A stretch of 64,000 nt of DNA from positions 129,232-193,231 of the forward strand of contig ADNK01001927.1 in the NCBI GenBank assembly GCA_000320545.1. The letters run 5' to 3'. The notes below the pieces were generated by a model. The model ran no database searches, was not told the origin of the DNA, and saw only the letters and a list, made by a program, of their open reading frames with translations. This DNA is from Bigelowiella natans CCMP2755 (lineage: Eukaryota; Protista; Cercozoa). Position numbers and translations under genes: made by a program. Below are positions 1 to 13,508 of this stretch, piece after piece. Numbering within the stretch: the first letter of the stretch is position 1; each line of letters starts with the position of its first letter.

Positions 1-560
1 AAACAAAACGATCATGCGGAACGCCGCATCCAACTTCAAAACAAATTGGAGCACAGAGGGAACCAAGGCCATGCACTTGAAAAACCTCAACTTCATGCCT
101 GGCTCTCGGACAACAGGAATCACATTGAAGCTGCCAAGCATTGCCACATCATGGATGCGCGCCACTTGTGGTGTTGGCAATCTTGGAACGTTTCTGCTGT
201 CCAGAGGACAACGCTCAAAACTCGAAGCGACATGCGATGTGTGCAATGCATTGCAAGACATGGACCACGTTCTGCAATGCAGGAAACACGGACCACAGAA
301 ACTCAGATTTGACAAACAACTGACGGCGATCATGGATCGCAATGATGAGACCACGCGTCTCACAACCGCAGAGATAACAAGTCGAGAAGCTGCGCGCAAA
401 GCGCGTCATACTGGACCAAAATGGGATGCATTTTCATGCATGCGCCATGTGACCAAGGAAACAAACAGACACAATTTAAGCGCTGTAGCCGCTGCATTGC
501 ACAGCTACATTGGGATGACCATTGAAATAATTTAAACATTTCATCACATCCGTCTCACAT
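1..560 (+). mobile_element. Non-LTR retrotransposon (LINE) remnant: ORF2 C-terminus with CCHC zinc knuckle plus 3' region, TpA-hypermutated; runs off window start
   Basis: ORF 14..535 contains CDVC-x7-H-VLQ-C followed by RKH, resembling the C-terminal knuckle of LINE ORF2. No TpA in 1-374. The 3' part (391-560) is repeated at 37636-37811. Confidence 0.7.
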
Positions 561-1122
561 GTATTGTCACCATGAAGCCTTGTGCATGCAAGTGTTGCAT
601 GTGAAAATGAAAGCATTGTGCTTTACGATGAACAGTTCTGCGTGATCATATTGCATCCATGGAATGGGAGTGATGCGAAGCAAACCGTGCAGCATGGAGA
701 CATTCACTTGGATGCTGTGAATGGCTTGTGTGACAATGGACATGCGTGTGATGAGCATGACGTGCATGATGTGTGCAATGGTCTCAGAGCATGGCCGGTT
801 GCATTCTAGCGAGCAAGCTAGTAGCGTGACCGGTTGCTGTGTTGTGCGTTCAGTCCAGGATGCGATGACCGGATGAATTGGAAGCTGGCTGGCAATGTGG
901 CGTCGCAAGTGGTCTATTGGTCACACAAGGTGATGGCATTGCTAGATTGATCTTCCACACGCAGTTGCATTGTCATGCAAACAAGATCAGCGCAAAATGG
1001 CAGACACAGCAACAAGATGTAATGTGTGTACATGTACACATGTACACACATATATGTCATATTGCATGTCTATCATCAAATAAGATAATTTCATTTAATG
1101 ATTCATTGCATGTGTGAGGATA

Positions 1123-1909
1123 CTATATCCATTGATCTCCATCATCCTCGATTTCTGTGAGGTTTAAGGGGGTTTTCTTGACCAAATCAGGCCTTGCAGC
1201 ATCTCGAAGATCTTCTGCAGTTGTCCTAAGATTGAGTCAATTTATCAATAAATGAAGATTAAACCGTTATTTTGTTGCATCATAATTATGAACGATTTGG
1301 TGACTTAGAATGATGAGTAATATTATGAAACGGATCCAGGTATAATTACTAGTGATAAATAAATCAGAGGTATCATCATTTGCACGACGACTCACATATC
1401 TCTGACTGCCCATTCCAATAAAGCAGCACGTTGTGCTGAGAGGGAATCGAGTACAAAGTCCCTTCTTAATTTTTTCTCTATCCTTTCAGTGTGTCCAGCA
1501 GCCGACGATTGGGAGGAGGGTGATGAAGCTACTTCTGTTGTTGCCGCTGCTGCCTCCTTTTTCTCTATCAAATCGTTACTGTAGCTGCTGTAATTATGTG
1601 AACTACAATTGATCCTTTTTGCAATGGGGCCAATGCCTAATGCCCACTCTGCGGAAATACCCATTCGCCGCAAATACTTGTCTCGACGAATCATCTATCA
1701 AGTCAATAAATTATTATCATCGCAGCATTTCTATCAATCATCATTGAAATAATATCTAAGAGCAAAAACTATAGGATTCGAATAAGGAGGCACGTGGGGA
1801 TAATACTCACTGCTGAATTTTCTCAGAAGGTTCATATTGGTTCGCATCTTTAAATAGTGTCAACTCGATATATGTATCATTTTGCCAAGGAATCATTCAC
1901 ACACACACA

Positions 1910-1949
<40 letters not shown>

Positions 1950-4048
1950 GGGGTGTGATAAGTACTCTCAAAGCAGTTTGATTGCCGACTTGACTCCGTA
2001 GCTCATGCCACCTGACCAGATAATGGAGAATTGATGAGGATATGTCATAAACCATGACGATAAATCATGATGACAACAAAAAAAGGAAAAACGGAGCTCA
2101 GTCGAGAGAGATGTTTGCGTAGACTGCTTTCATATATCTGTCTCTTGATATTGTTTGTGTGTTAGTTTGTGTAGGATGATGTTTCCCTCCATATGATTCA
2201 TAGATCTCTTCATGGTGTTCTTTACTACTACCCTCATTTCTCCCTTTTCTTTGTTCAGTTGTATTTATGTAGCATACATAAAGGCGCTACATGATCATAT
2301 AATAAGTACGAAACAACATCACACAACTTGCAACCTCATACCATCTAAATGCCCTTTGCTGGCCTCTTCTCCTCAGCGTATAGGTAAGTGTGTTGTTAAT
2401 GTGAGGATATAGCTTTTCCCACCGTTGATTAGACGGTCTAATATTCGTGGAGGATGGATGGATGGATGGTATTCATGAGAGATAAGAAGAAAGCTGATTA
2501 GATGATATTTTGATCAGATAACAGAACTATACGAGCAGGATGAGTAGGAAACAACTCCAAAAATTTACAAATAAAATCGCAAATAATAGACTTGCAGCAG
2601 CGGTACCGTCCTCATCATTATCATCATCATCATCCCCTCACTGCTGCTACTACTACAACAACTACTGCTATTCCACTACTGTAGTAGTAGTAGTACCTAT
2701 CGAATTGATCCGTGATTGACTCATAGGCATCATCACGTTCATACTTCAAGTCCTCATATGACATATCGAAGACAATGCGAGCACCAAGCATGTGTGTATC
2801 TAAATCTTCCTTGTCCCTCCTACATAGTATCGATATAATTACTAATATCTCGTAGTAATAAATGCGAGGTCTACACAGGCAGACGGGTGCTTACTGTTGC
2901 TGTTGTTGTAATTAATACTCAGTTGCGACGATGATGATATGTGATCATCATTCGTTGTATAAGTGAATCATGACATCTACAGCTTGTGATCTTAACTGAA
3001 TCAATCTATCAAATCGTCGTCATCGTTTGTCTTTCTCTACAATTGTTGGCGAAGTAGTAGTATCCATGTCATCATCCAAGATCTACACCCCCCCCCCCTC
3101 TGCTCACTCGCTCACTCACTCACTCACTCACTCACCGAGAGAGACGATTCATGATGGTAGCGTATGCAGAATAATTTCTCTCTGCTATTGTTATTGCTGC
3201 CCGAGTTTGAATGAGCATATCTCTTTCCTTTCTTAGTTCAATTGGATCTTTACGATAATCTCGCTTTTGGCCCAGTACCAACATCTCCTCATTACCTACG
3301 AAGAAGAAGAAGAAGAAGAAGAAGAGAAAGCAAAAAAGAAGAAAAAGAAAAAGCATATGTTTCTTGTTTGGTCTATCCCTTAGTCCTCCTATCTTCCTCC
3401 TCTTTCATTGTTATACTTGGTATTATAAATATTGAAATAGGAGGATAAACAGCAGCACCAGCCGACAGTGATTGAGTGAGTGACAGCTATCTAGCTACCT
3501 TTGGCAAGCGATTCGTTTTTGAGTTGCAATACAACTGGCATTCCTAGCTCAGCGACCTGCATTTAATAGTAGTAGTTGTAGTAAATGTTGTTGTTGTTGT
3601 AATAGTAGCAAAAGGAATAGAAAAGAAGAAAAAAGAAGATATCAACCCCCACCACCAATATCAGCATTATCATCAATGGCAACACAGTGTCACACCATCA
3701 CATCGTTGTCGTTTTCCCCAGTTGTTGTTGTAGTTATTATTAATGTTGTTGTTCATATTCCTATTGGTGCTTCTTCTACTGCTGCTTAATTGTTACGATT
3801 ACATCTTAATATTGCTGAACATACGGTACTGCTGTGTTCGATCAACTGCTATACTGCTATACTGCTATACTGCTAATACTACTGCATACTGCATGCATAT
3901 ACACGATTCCATCATAAGTATGCTACTCACCCCCGGAAGAAGCTGTGCTTTTTCCTCAGAAGGAGAGTAATTCTTCTTCGTCGTTGTCGTGATCGCCATA
4001 GTCGTCACGTTTGTTGCTATGTCCACCACCACCACCAGCAGGATCAAT

Positions 4049-4079
<31 letters not shown>

Positions 4080-6068
4080 GGTGGTGGTGGTAGAGTTTTA
4101 ATCAGGAGCACCATATATTACACATAATCCATTCTTCGATAGATTAGCATAGTAACAACATCATCACCATCATCATTATTATCAATATTATGGTTATCAT
4201 CACGACTATTTTTAGTGATGACATCATCAACGTAAAAGGAAAATTTCTCCGATTTATCATCATTATCATCATCATCATCATCGTCATCGAAAGTTATCAT
4301 AAATCTGCTGCTGCTTTCGTATTTTTACACATTATTTGACAGCGCAACATGTTGCCTCCTCCTCCTCCTCCTCCTCCTTTTACTTACAGCAGCTAATGGT
4401 ACCCGGTTTAGTACCAGCTTAGCCACTAGGAATAATAATTGTGTTTGTTGTGCTACTGACCATCATTCTCTTTTTCACCGCTTGTTCTTGAAACTAGAGC
4501 TTCAGTCTCTTGGAGATGAATGTCGCCTGGTATATATGAATAGACGGCGTGGTGGTATATATATGAAGTAGTGAGTCCTTGTCACAAGGAAGAGGAAAGG
4601 AGAAGAGGAGGGAAAGGCGCTAATATTCTGTGGCAGGATGGTGGTCAGATTATGATCTACTCTTACGATTAACACTCCTACCACTACCACTACTACCACT
4701 ACCAACGGTACTAATACTACTAGTAGAGTACTAGTACAAGTACTGATCTTATCAGTGGGCAGTCAGTGCCTAGTAGTACCTACAATCCTTTTTGTTCCTT
4801 CCCCACCCATGTACCTAAGTAAAAGAGCCACTCGTAAATTTATCATGCTTAGCCCCCACACGCACATCATCATCATACTTCTTCTCATTACATCATTTGA
4901 TCGTAGTCGTTAAATACGTCAGCAAGCGAGCCGAAGTCCCACGGTTTCTTCTTCATATATTGATGCTCTGTGGATGATAATACAGAAGATGAGAATGATG
5001 GAACGAGTTTTGAAAGTCTTCGTCTTCTTCATGCTACCGTCAGGATTAATTGGAGGATGAGGAGGAGGATGATGATGATGATGATGATGATTTGTGCCAG
5101 GTCCTCCATGCTCCTCCTCGTGCTTCCTCCTCTGAATCGTAACGCCAATATCAGCAGGAACGACGCCATAGCGGCCAGCTAGAGGTTCATAGAGCAATGA
5201 CCACCGAATGTTCTTTGTTACTTCATTCTCCCGAATATCTGAATAATCTCCATCGTCATCATCATCATCATCATCATATTCGCTGTTATTTCCCCCGTCG
5301 CTTCTACTGGCAGCACTTGTGAGATTTACGGTTCTTCGCAACGTCCGTGCCATCCCCTTCGTGTCAGTAACTTTGTTTTTCATCTTGTTTTTGAGGAGAA
5401 ACCTATCACCCATTTTCCCAGCAGCAGCAGCAGTACGATTCGTCATATACGTATGTTCAACCACGGGATTTAATTTAAAATAAAATAACAAGAATAAGGC
5501 ATCTGGCACGCGTAGCAATGTTGCCACACCGCCTCCCCCTCCTCCTGCTGCTGTTGCTTGCATTAACCTCATTCTCCTCCTCCTCCTCCTCATCATCAAC
5601 ATCATTTATTCAAGTCGATTATTTAATTCACTGACCCTTTTGGAAAGACGACAGGAGGGTGTGCAGTCTTGGGAGGAATCGTTGGCGGTGATTCGTTCTG
5701 CGTTGAAGCAGGAGGAGGAGGAGGAGGAGGAGGGGGAGAAATTTCAGCATGGGGTTCCCCTTCCGTAGCCGTGGGAGGTCGTGCCAACTTCTGGTGAATC
5801 TGTGAATCTGAACGATAATACAAACATATCTCTTGAATAATACGGTGAACAATGATATTTAGTCAACAAGCGCTTCGTAAAATAATATACTGACTTGATG
5901 GTGATGATGCCGCTGATGGAAATGATGTTGGTGAAGTAGTGCATAGCATCAAACTCCAGAGCGAAATGGCACTGTAACTACATCCAATCTTAATTATTCT
6001 GTGAAGAAGCGTCGCTGTCGACGTGGGTGAACAACGACCATGTTCCTTGAAGCATTGCCCCCGCCCAT
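1123..6068 (-). CDS. Multi-exon hypothetical protein (proline-rich N-terminal part)
   Basis: GT-AG bounded exons read by eye, e.g. 1123-1225 (..EDDGDQWI*, in phase with the 1392-1694 exon), ~2697-2820 (DLDTHMLGARIVFDMSYEDLKYERDAYE), ~3498-3557, 4919-5605, ~5632-5810. Candidate start MGGGNASR at 6068. No domain recognised; the 5' structure is uncertain. Confidence 0.5.
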
Positions 6069-6250
6069 TTGCTGCTGTCGTAGGAGATATTCCTTGGCTG
6101 CTGTCTTCGTAACATCGTTTAATTGTTGGAATACTATGTTTTAATTTTGAGACAAACTTGCTAGCTTTCGGGTTGAGGAAGCTAGAGTGTGCAGGGCTGA
6201 GAATCGGAGCAAAATGGTGAATGGCGACCCAGCATGTGAAAGCAGCAAGT

Positions 6251-6361
6251 GCTACTACTACTGCAGTGACTGTGTGGCTGCGGAGGCCTGAGATCGTAGG
6301 AGTAACTGCTACTACTGCAGTGACTGTGTGGCTGCGGAGGCCTGAGAGATCGTAGGAGTAG
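6251..6361. repeat. Tandem duplication, 54-bp period, two copies
   Basis: ctgcagtgactgtgtggctgcggaggcctgaga(ga)tcgtaggagta at 6261 and 6315. Confidence 0.95.
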
Positions 6362-6410
6362 CAAAAGATTCCTTAGTCGCGTTATTTTGTTCTAACATTG
6401 GGGAGAGTGA

Positions 6411-7123
6411 ATGAATATTGTCTTTGGGGAGGCACGAAGTTTGAAATCATTGCAGCCTTCTTCGCCTCCCCTTTCTCCCTATCTATTTACCTCTGTTTCT
6501 CTGCCTTCTTTCACCAAAACGGAACATTATTGTCGTTTACATGATCGACAGATCCGCCTCGCCATCCCACGTCTTCTTAGTTATGTTCTTCTTCTGTTAC
6601 TGCTCCTCACCCACATACTGATCAGCATTCGTGATTGTTGATGAGTTGATACTCGTGGGTCGGTCGCCATCCATCATCGTTATCTAGTCGTCGGTGGAGA
6701 GAACAGAAGAGAAGAAAATGATATTATCATCGTCATCGGCTACGATATTTATCGCTTAGAAAATAATCTAGATTAGACTATGGAGAATACTAGATCATAG
6801 GATGTATTGTCGTAATAAAATAGATTACAAAAACCTACAAAAACAACAAGAACAACAACAATACAAAGCACATACAACCACGCTACCCCCTCCAACCACT
6901 CCACAACTCCACAGATAGAGCTAACGCATACGATCGATTTCATTGATTCAGTGGTGTCGGGGTCCAAGGGTAGGGAGTTCATCAGATGTACACACGGCCA
7001 TAGTTGTGCGACCTTTTATTATTTCCACAATGATAATCTCTTGAGCTCTATCTGCAGAGACTAGCTCTGCTGCTACTACTACCACCACTACCACAACTAC
7101 TGTTATTACTGCTACTACTGCTG

Positions 7124-7155
<32 letters not shown>

Positions 7156-8443
7156 GCTACTACTGCTACTACTGCTACTACTGCTACTACTGCTACTACT
7201 ACTACTAATAATAATAATGATAATAATCACTGTAAAATTTTAGTACCTCTTTTCCAAGAAACAGCAGTGTATTGATTCCAGTGTCTAGAGGTAGTAGTAG
7301 GATTTAGTACATGTGTTATATCGATGAGAAGTGTATTATCCAATTATCATGTTTGTGGGGGGGAGTGCGTTCGTCATAATCATTATCATCATCATCATCA
7401 TCATCATCATCTTGGTTATATTTGTTGTTGTCATCATCCCTAAGGTCTCAACAAGCATGTTCTTTTCTGTAAACAAACTCGGTCGAGTACAATCTCGTCA
7501 ATTCCGCTCTAAAATTTTTTGGCTCACGGAATCAATGGGTGGTTTCAAACCAGGAACAACGTAATAATAGTAGCAGCTACAGTTAGCAGCGGCTGTAGCA
7601 GTCTTTATTTTCATTTGTAGGGTAGTACAACTATCATCATCAGTACATAGCACACGAATAATGATGATGATAATGATGATGGTGGTGGTCATGATGATGA
7701 TAATAACCATCTGCAAACTTGCTACCGAAGAACTTATACGCTCCATGTTATCCTGATTCGGTCATTTCTCTCCTTTCCTTCCCTCCCCCTCCCTTCCCAT
7801 GCAGGAATATGGACCTCCTTCAAGAAGAAGCTGATCGTCACGAAAGAGTAAGAGATAAGAGATCTGATTTTCGTTCTCCAATATGGCTTCAAGATGTTGT
7901 ATGGTGTTTAGATTAAATGTTTTCACTAGCGTATGAATGCTAGACAATCCAGCTGAAACAATAATATCTGGTACAGGAAGGAGGATTTATTTCACCCATC
8001 ATCATCATTATCATCATCATCATCATCATCATCTGTCGCACTCCCATCACCAATTTTGCATTATTAGCTGTTGTTGGCTGCATGTAGACTGGAATTGTCA
8101 CCATTATCAACGGACTGCTGCCTTATACGTATGTCATCATCACAGATCAAGTCGTTCTTGAATTCCACGACATTCGTTCGTAGCGGCACGAGTGTGTTCA
8201 AAAAGGTAGTACGTGGGAGTCTCAGCACCAGTAGTAGCATTGAATATTGTGTGGGCAGTAGTGGTAGTAGTTTTATAATTAGCTCTCATATTGATGTACC
8301 GTACTTTTCCTGTGCGATTTGCGTTATTTGGTCCATTTCTGGATGTTCTTAGACGATAATTACAACAAATTATCACCTTCATTATAATAAGAGATTTTGT
8401 GATGCAATGATGTTCTTTTGCGTGTTTTGTGGGTGAGTGAGAA

Positions 8444-8495
<52 letters not shown>

Positions 8496-8953
8496 AGAGA
8501 GTATGTGTGATTTTGATAAGAAACATGTACAAGTATGCATCACTACAAGAATATATGACAAATTCAACTTGGCAAATGATGATGATGATGATGATGATCG
8601 AATTAGTGTTTTTGGCCATTGCTGAGATTCATGGACGTCGAGGAGGCTTTTGAAATGTAATATGATGTGAAACACTGTCAGCAGTTCTTTACAGAATCGT
8701 CATGATGCAGTATGCATGGAGAGCTACTATATATACTACTTTTGAATAAGATAAAACTAGACGTATAAGATGATGATGATGATGATCATCCATCTCTATC
8801 TTATAGCAGTAGCAATGATTGAAATCATCATCATCGTCATGGTATTTATTTCAATCGTCATTCTTCTCCTCCTTCCTAACTCCTCTCTAAGGTTAAGAAA
8901 ATGGAACGATGCTGAAGAATTTTGCAAGGTATCAGTAACACCACCACCACCAA

Positions 8954-8986
<33 letters not shown>

Positions 8987-9311
8987 CTCCTATATGGAGA
9001 AGATAGATTATGAAAACAATTCTTCGCTCGATGCTATCACGACTGGCCACTACTGGTAATTACTGTTAGCAGCACTGAGTAATAATTCTTGAAATGATGA
9101 TAATTAGGGCTTGGATGCTGCAACCCGATGGGGGTTGTTGGCCTCCTCCTCCTCCTCCTCCTCTTTTGATCACTGTGACAAAACGAGAAAAAGAGGAAAA
9201 GAGGAGGATACTGATGAATTAGAAAGAAAACAGACAACTGGTGCAGCGATTACTGCTGATACAACTATTGCCTCTGCGGCAATAAAACCTGAGGCCGCAG
9301 AGACGCTTTCG

Positions 9312-9344
<33 letters not shown>

Positions 9345-9748
9345 AACATTGCCATCATATTATGACCACATTATTAGACACACACATAATAATAGACAAC
9401 ACATAGTAATGGTGGTAGCGGCAATGGATATAATACAAGGATTGATTGTTTCGATCTCCTCCTTCTCATCACCATCATTAATCTACCCCCTCTAACTGTC
9501 CTTTTGTCCATGTCTATTCTTAGATCTCTAAAGATAGAATTTTGGAAGGAGCAGGGCAAGAGCTTCGGAAAATACTACAACTCGAAGAGAAATTCTTTGA
9601 GGAAAATGACAGGAACCATTCCTCCCTTCTTGGAGATATCCTTATCAACAAGGAACAGCCTAATTTAAGCTTGAGCACCGTTTGTGGTGTAGAATCAGAT
9701 GACTCCATTGATAATTATGTGCTACTGCAAGACATCCAAGGTTACGAC

Positions 9749-9813
<65 letters not shown>

Positions 9814-10188
9814 TGCCAAAGATGTCATTAGAGATTGAGAATATTACGGCTGATTTAGAACACGATACAGTACAACACACACAGTGATGATCATCAATCC
9901 TATCATCATAACTTCTACGTACTTACGTTCATACGTACTACTTACTGCTGTAATAATTCAGATGAAAGACCTGTCTTAAGCCCCAACAACACGACATTAG
10001 GAGAGGGGTACTACTACTACTACAACTACCACATCGTTGTTTTGTGGTGATTGCTTAGAATTTATCATGCGCTACCAACTACTACTACTTCTAAGAATAA
10101 TAATAATAATAGTATTACTATTACTATCTATTGGCAAAATGATGTCGATGAGTTGCTCAGTCACTTCGCCTACTTATTACAATAACCA

Positions 10189-10230
<42 letters not shown>

Positions 10231-11007
10231 TGGCCACATGCACCACACGCTGATTATAATTCCCTTTGCTGCTGCTGCTGCTATTATGTATGTCTGTCTT
10301 CAAACAAACCAGAGATCTACCTGACCTTTTGAGAGACAAGGAGGTTGTAGTAGTAGTAGTAGGAGGAGTAGTAGGAGATAATGAGATTTTATGATATTAT
10401 TGTATAAGTAGCTGCTGCTAGAATTGCTACGTGTGCCTTTATTTGGTGTAATAAAAGCAAAGAGTGGTAAATCATTTCGTTGAAAAGATGGTGTTAAAAA
10501 ATTTCTATTATCTACGAATACTTTAACGACTAGTATGTATCCAATCATTTCCCTGCTTATGGTTCAGGGTTATTGTTACTTTCCTTTTACTTCTTCTGCA
10601 TTTCTCATCGATGATTGGGCATATTATTACTTCCCTTTTACTTCCACATAACGCATCATCTTTTCTTATGGATTGTGAATTGTTGTGTCTATTACTTTCC
10701 TTTTACTTCTCATGATCAGTGGAAGATTCAGGCTATCGTATATAGCCTCATCGGGCTGGATGGTAACCACATTATCGGTAAACAAGCAGGAGGAAAACCA
10801 GAAGAAAAAGAAGGAGAAGAAGCAGAACCTGAGCCTCGCATTATCACAACTGTTTGGAAGCACTTCATAGAACTCAGTGCCACTGTGAACGCTAGGGATG
10901 GCATCACCTCGGATTTTCGTATATCCAAATGGGAGACTGCGAGGCCTGAGGAGGATGTTTTCGCAAAGTATTCGTCGATGACGAATGAAGATGAGAATGA
11001 ATCGTAG
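6411..11007 (+). CDS. Multi-exon hypothetical protein; start uncertain, may be more than one gene
   Basis: Exon-like blocks with AG/GT borders at ~7444-7560, ~7805-7890, ~8891-8929, ~9524-9740, ~10312-10343 and a terminal exon ~10720-11007 (WKIQAIVYSLIGLDGNHIIG...DFRISKWETARPEEDVFAKYSSMTNEDENES*). Confidence 0.45.
7068..7225. repeat. Compound (CTA/CTG/ATA)n microsatellite, intronic
   Basis: Directly visible triplet run; one of dozens of (TAG)n, (CAT)n, (GA)n, (TA)n and (CA)n tracts in introns. Confidence 0.95.
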
Positions 11008-11009
11008 TG

Positions 11010-12500
11010 TCTGAGCGTGGGCTGCTACTCGCACAATTAGATAGCTCCAAGAAATGCCAAGCTAGATGTGACGACTGCAGCAAACCTTTCACATAGCATC
11101 TATATCGCATCATGCAACTGTTGAACATGCAGCATGCGTTCACAAGCTTCATGGAAATAATGAAATCATCAATGAAAATTGTGCTTGCGTTGGCGCAATC
11201 ACGTCGCGATCTAGCGATGTGTCATTTGCATGAAGCTATTTCGATCATCCAATGAATGCAAAGCATCGCTAGATCGGTCAACACGGTCATCGTGTCGCCA
11301 CAGCTTGCCCAAATATGCAACATCGACACAAAAAGTGACCCATCTCAAAAACGTACTAGATGATATTTTTCGACAATTTTTTGCTCAACATGCAGCCATC
11401 ATTGCGCACTTCAATTTGACTCAATTGAATTTGATCATTTGTGAAAATTCTCGGTGTGCGGCACGTGGGAACACACAAAGCATATCGACATTTTGCTGCA
11501 TGCATGTGACCACGCACCAAATGGTCACATGAAGCGGAATGTCGTTGACACTCCTGGACTCGTTTGACCAGTCTACAGTGCTTTCAGCAATTTTCATCGT
11601 TTTTTGCTGTGCGTGCGCAATTCTGAGCATTCGTGCCAATGGGAGAGTTGTTTTTGTTTTTTCTTGAAAAAGTGAAAACTCTGATTTCCCAATTTTGCCC
11701 ACTTTTCAAAACACAAAAACTGAGGTGTCTCCTCGAGATTTTGGATTTGGGCCTGACCACTTGTGCTGCATGTCAGATGGGTCTTGATCAACAGCTCAGA
11801 GGAACAGTTTCATGCAACTCCTGCTGTGCTTGGAACCAGTTTGAACTGAAGTGCATGAGGGTTCTCCTTGCATGGCACGCAGATGGCTGAATTTTGGGCA
11901 ATGAAAGTGGAATTTCTCGAAAACCAGAAGCGAGATTGAACACAAAACTTGCATCACATCGATTCCGTGCACATGCGAGTGGTCCTGGCCATATGTGCGC
12001 AAATGTCATGGCCCCGCTAGCCCGCTCCTCACACAGCCCAATCTAGCAATGTTGCACGGTTTGGGCAAGATGTGGCAAGTCGCAAGCAGCATGTTGACAA
12101 TTCATCACATTGTGTGCATGATCGATTGCTAACAATGCATGCTAGCATGCATGGGGACAATTACACCCTTCTAGCATGTACGTACATAGCGCCGCACGTA
12201 CTTTAGTACTGCACAGCGAATCTAAAAACATTGGGGTTGCATACAGTCGTGCTAACAGTAGCATCACTACTACTAGACTGTAGTCTAAATCAGCAGTACT
12301 ACATGCATGCGTAGCATCGCATGTGAATGCGTGTGTACGTATAGTACGCCTATTATCGTCTCTACACAATAGTAGTCATAACAACTAAAGTGTGTGTAGA
12401 CATGAATGAAGCCAATCAAGCCTACTAGAAGCGTCTAAATAATCGTAGTAAGTGGTGCGTGCATCATGCTGCATATTATTCACCATACGTGAGCATGTTC
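11010..12500. other. TpA-depleted intergenic tract between convergent genes, probably a decayed repeat
   Basis: No TpA in 11576-11991 despite AT-rich runs. Excess TGCA/CATG. TpA reappears gradually on both flanks, often as CTAG. Confidence 0.8.
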
Positions 12501-12548
12501 TACGTCTATTATTATGTTAAAAAAAATATAATTGACCTTGGAACAAGG

Positions 12549-12656
12549 TTAGTAACGACGAGATGTTGACTTTTCTACACCTGCTGTCCGCAGCCGTTTT
12601 TCAATTTGAACTTGAGTTTCGTCTACATCGGCGAAAATTTGAGTCGCATCTGTTGC

Positions 12657-12692
<36 letters not shown>

Positions 12693-13467
12693 TATCATCA
12701 TATAATTGAGCGTTAGTTTAGTAACATGTTGGAAGATAGCGAGCAATAATTAGCCATTTAAAAATCACCACCACCACACAACTACTACTACTACTAGTAG
12801 CAGCACATCACTTACAGTATTCGCCGTGGAAGTTCCTATACACGCCGATTCCACAGTAATTACTCGATTCTGAAAGAAGATTCTTCCTGTGACCTGGCGA
12901 GTTGATCCATCCTATAACTGCAGCTTTTGCAGTATCTGCATACCCTATATGTCCTTTATTCATGGCAACATTCTCGGCTGCTGATCGGTGGTAAATACCC
13001 ACGGTTTTAAACCTTGCGACACGAGACTTGAAGCCGTCATGGCCAAACTTGATCCTTTTGTCACCCATCATTTTGCTATGAATGCGGCAAATGTCTGTTA
13101 TTTCTTGGGACCACAATACCGTGTTCATTCCATTCTGCTTACGGAATCTATAATTCATAATGAAAGTTGTTTGAGAACAAGAAGAAGAGTAAAAGTGTAT
13201 AGCACTTTAAGGAATGATAAAGAGGCCACAAGTTAGATGGTGGGTTTAACACACACACACACACACACTTGTATGTGTGTGTGTGTGTGTGTGTGTTTGT
13301 GTGTGTGTATGGTAGCTCAGCACTTTTAGTATCGTATTTCTTGTTCTGGTATGTATCATAAAGCTGCATAATGATTGCATATTGATAGAAATACATAGAG
13401 TACTATGCGTTTACTTTTCCAAGGATGCTATCATGAAAATAATTGGTAGGTAGTGAATTATTATGTG

Positions 13468-13508
<41 letters not shown>

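Noticed and set aside
6251-6361. Direct repeats as a CRISPR-like array
   Set aside because: Only two adjacent copies, no spacers, no cas genes, eukaryotic context.
7048-7230. Poly-Ser, poly-Ile, poly-Val and HTHT/YIYI ORFs throughout the ORF track
   Set aside because: Translations of intronic microsatellites.
10720-11007. Resemblance of the last exon to a Tim44/mL45-type C-terminal domain
   Set aside because: Only a loose pattern match by eye; needs an HMM or structure search.
11500-12020. Helitron or MITE suggested by CTAG words
   Set aside because: No convincing terminal hairpin, inverted repeats or target-site duplication found. CTAG enrichment is explained by selective survival.
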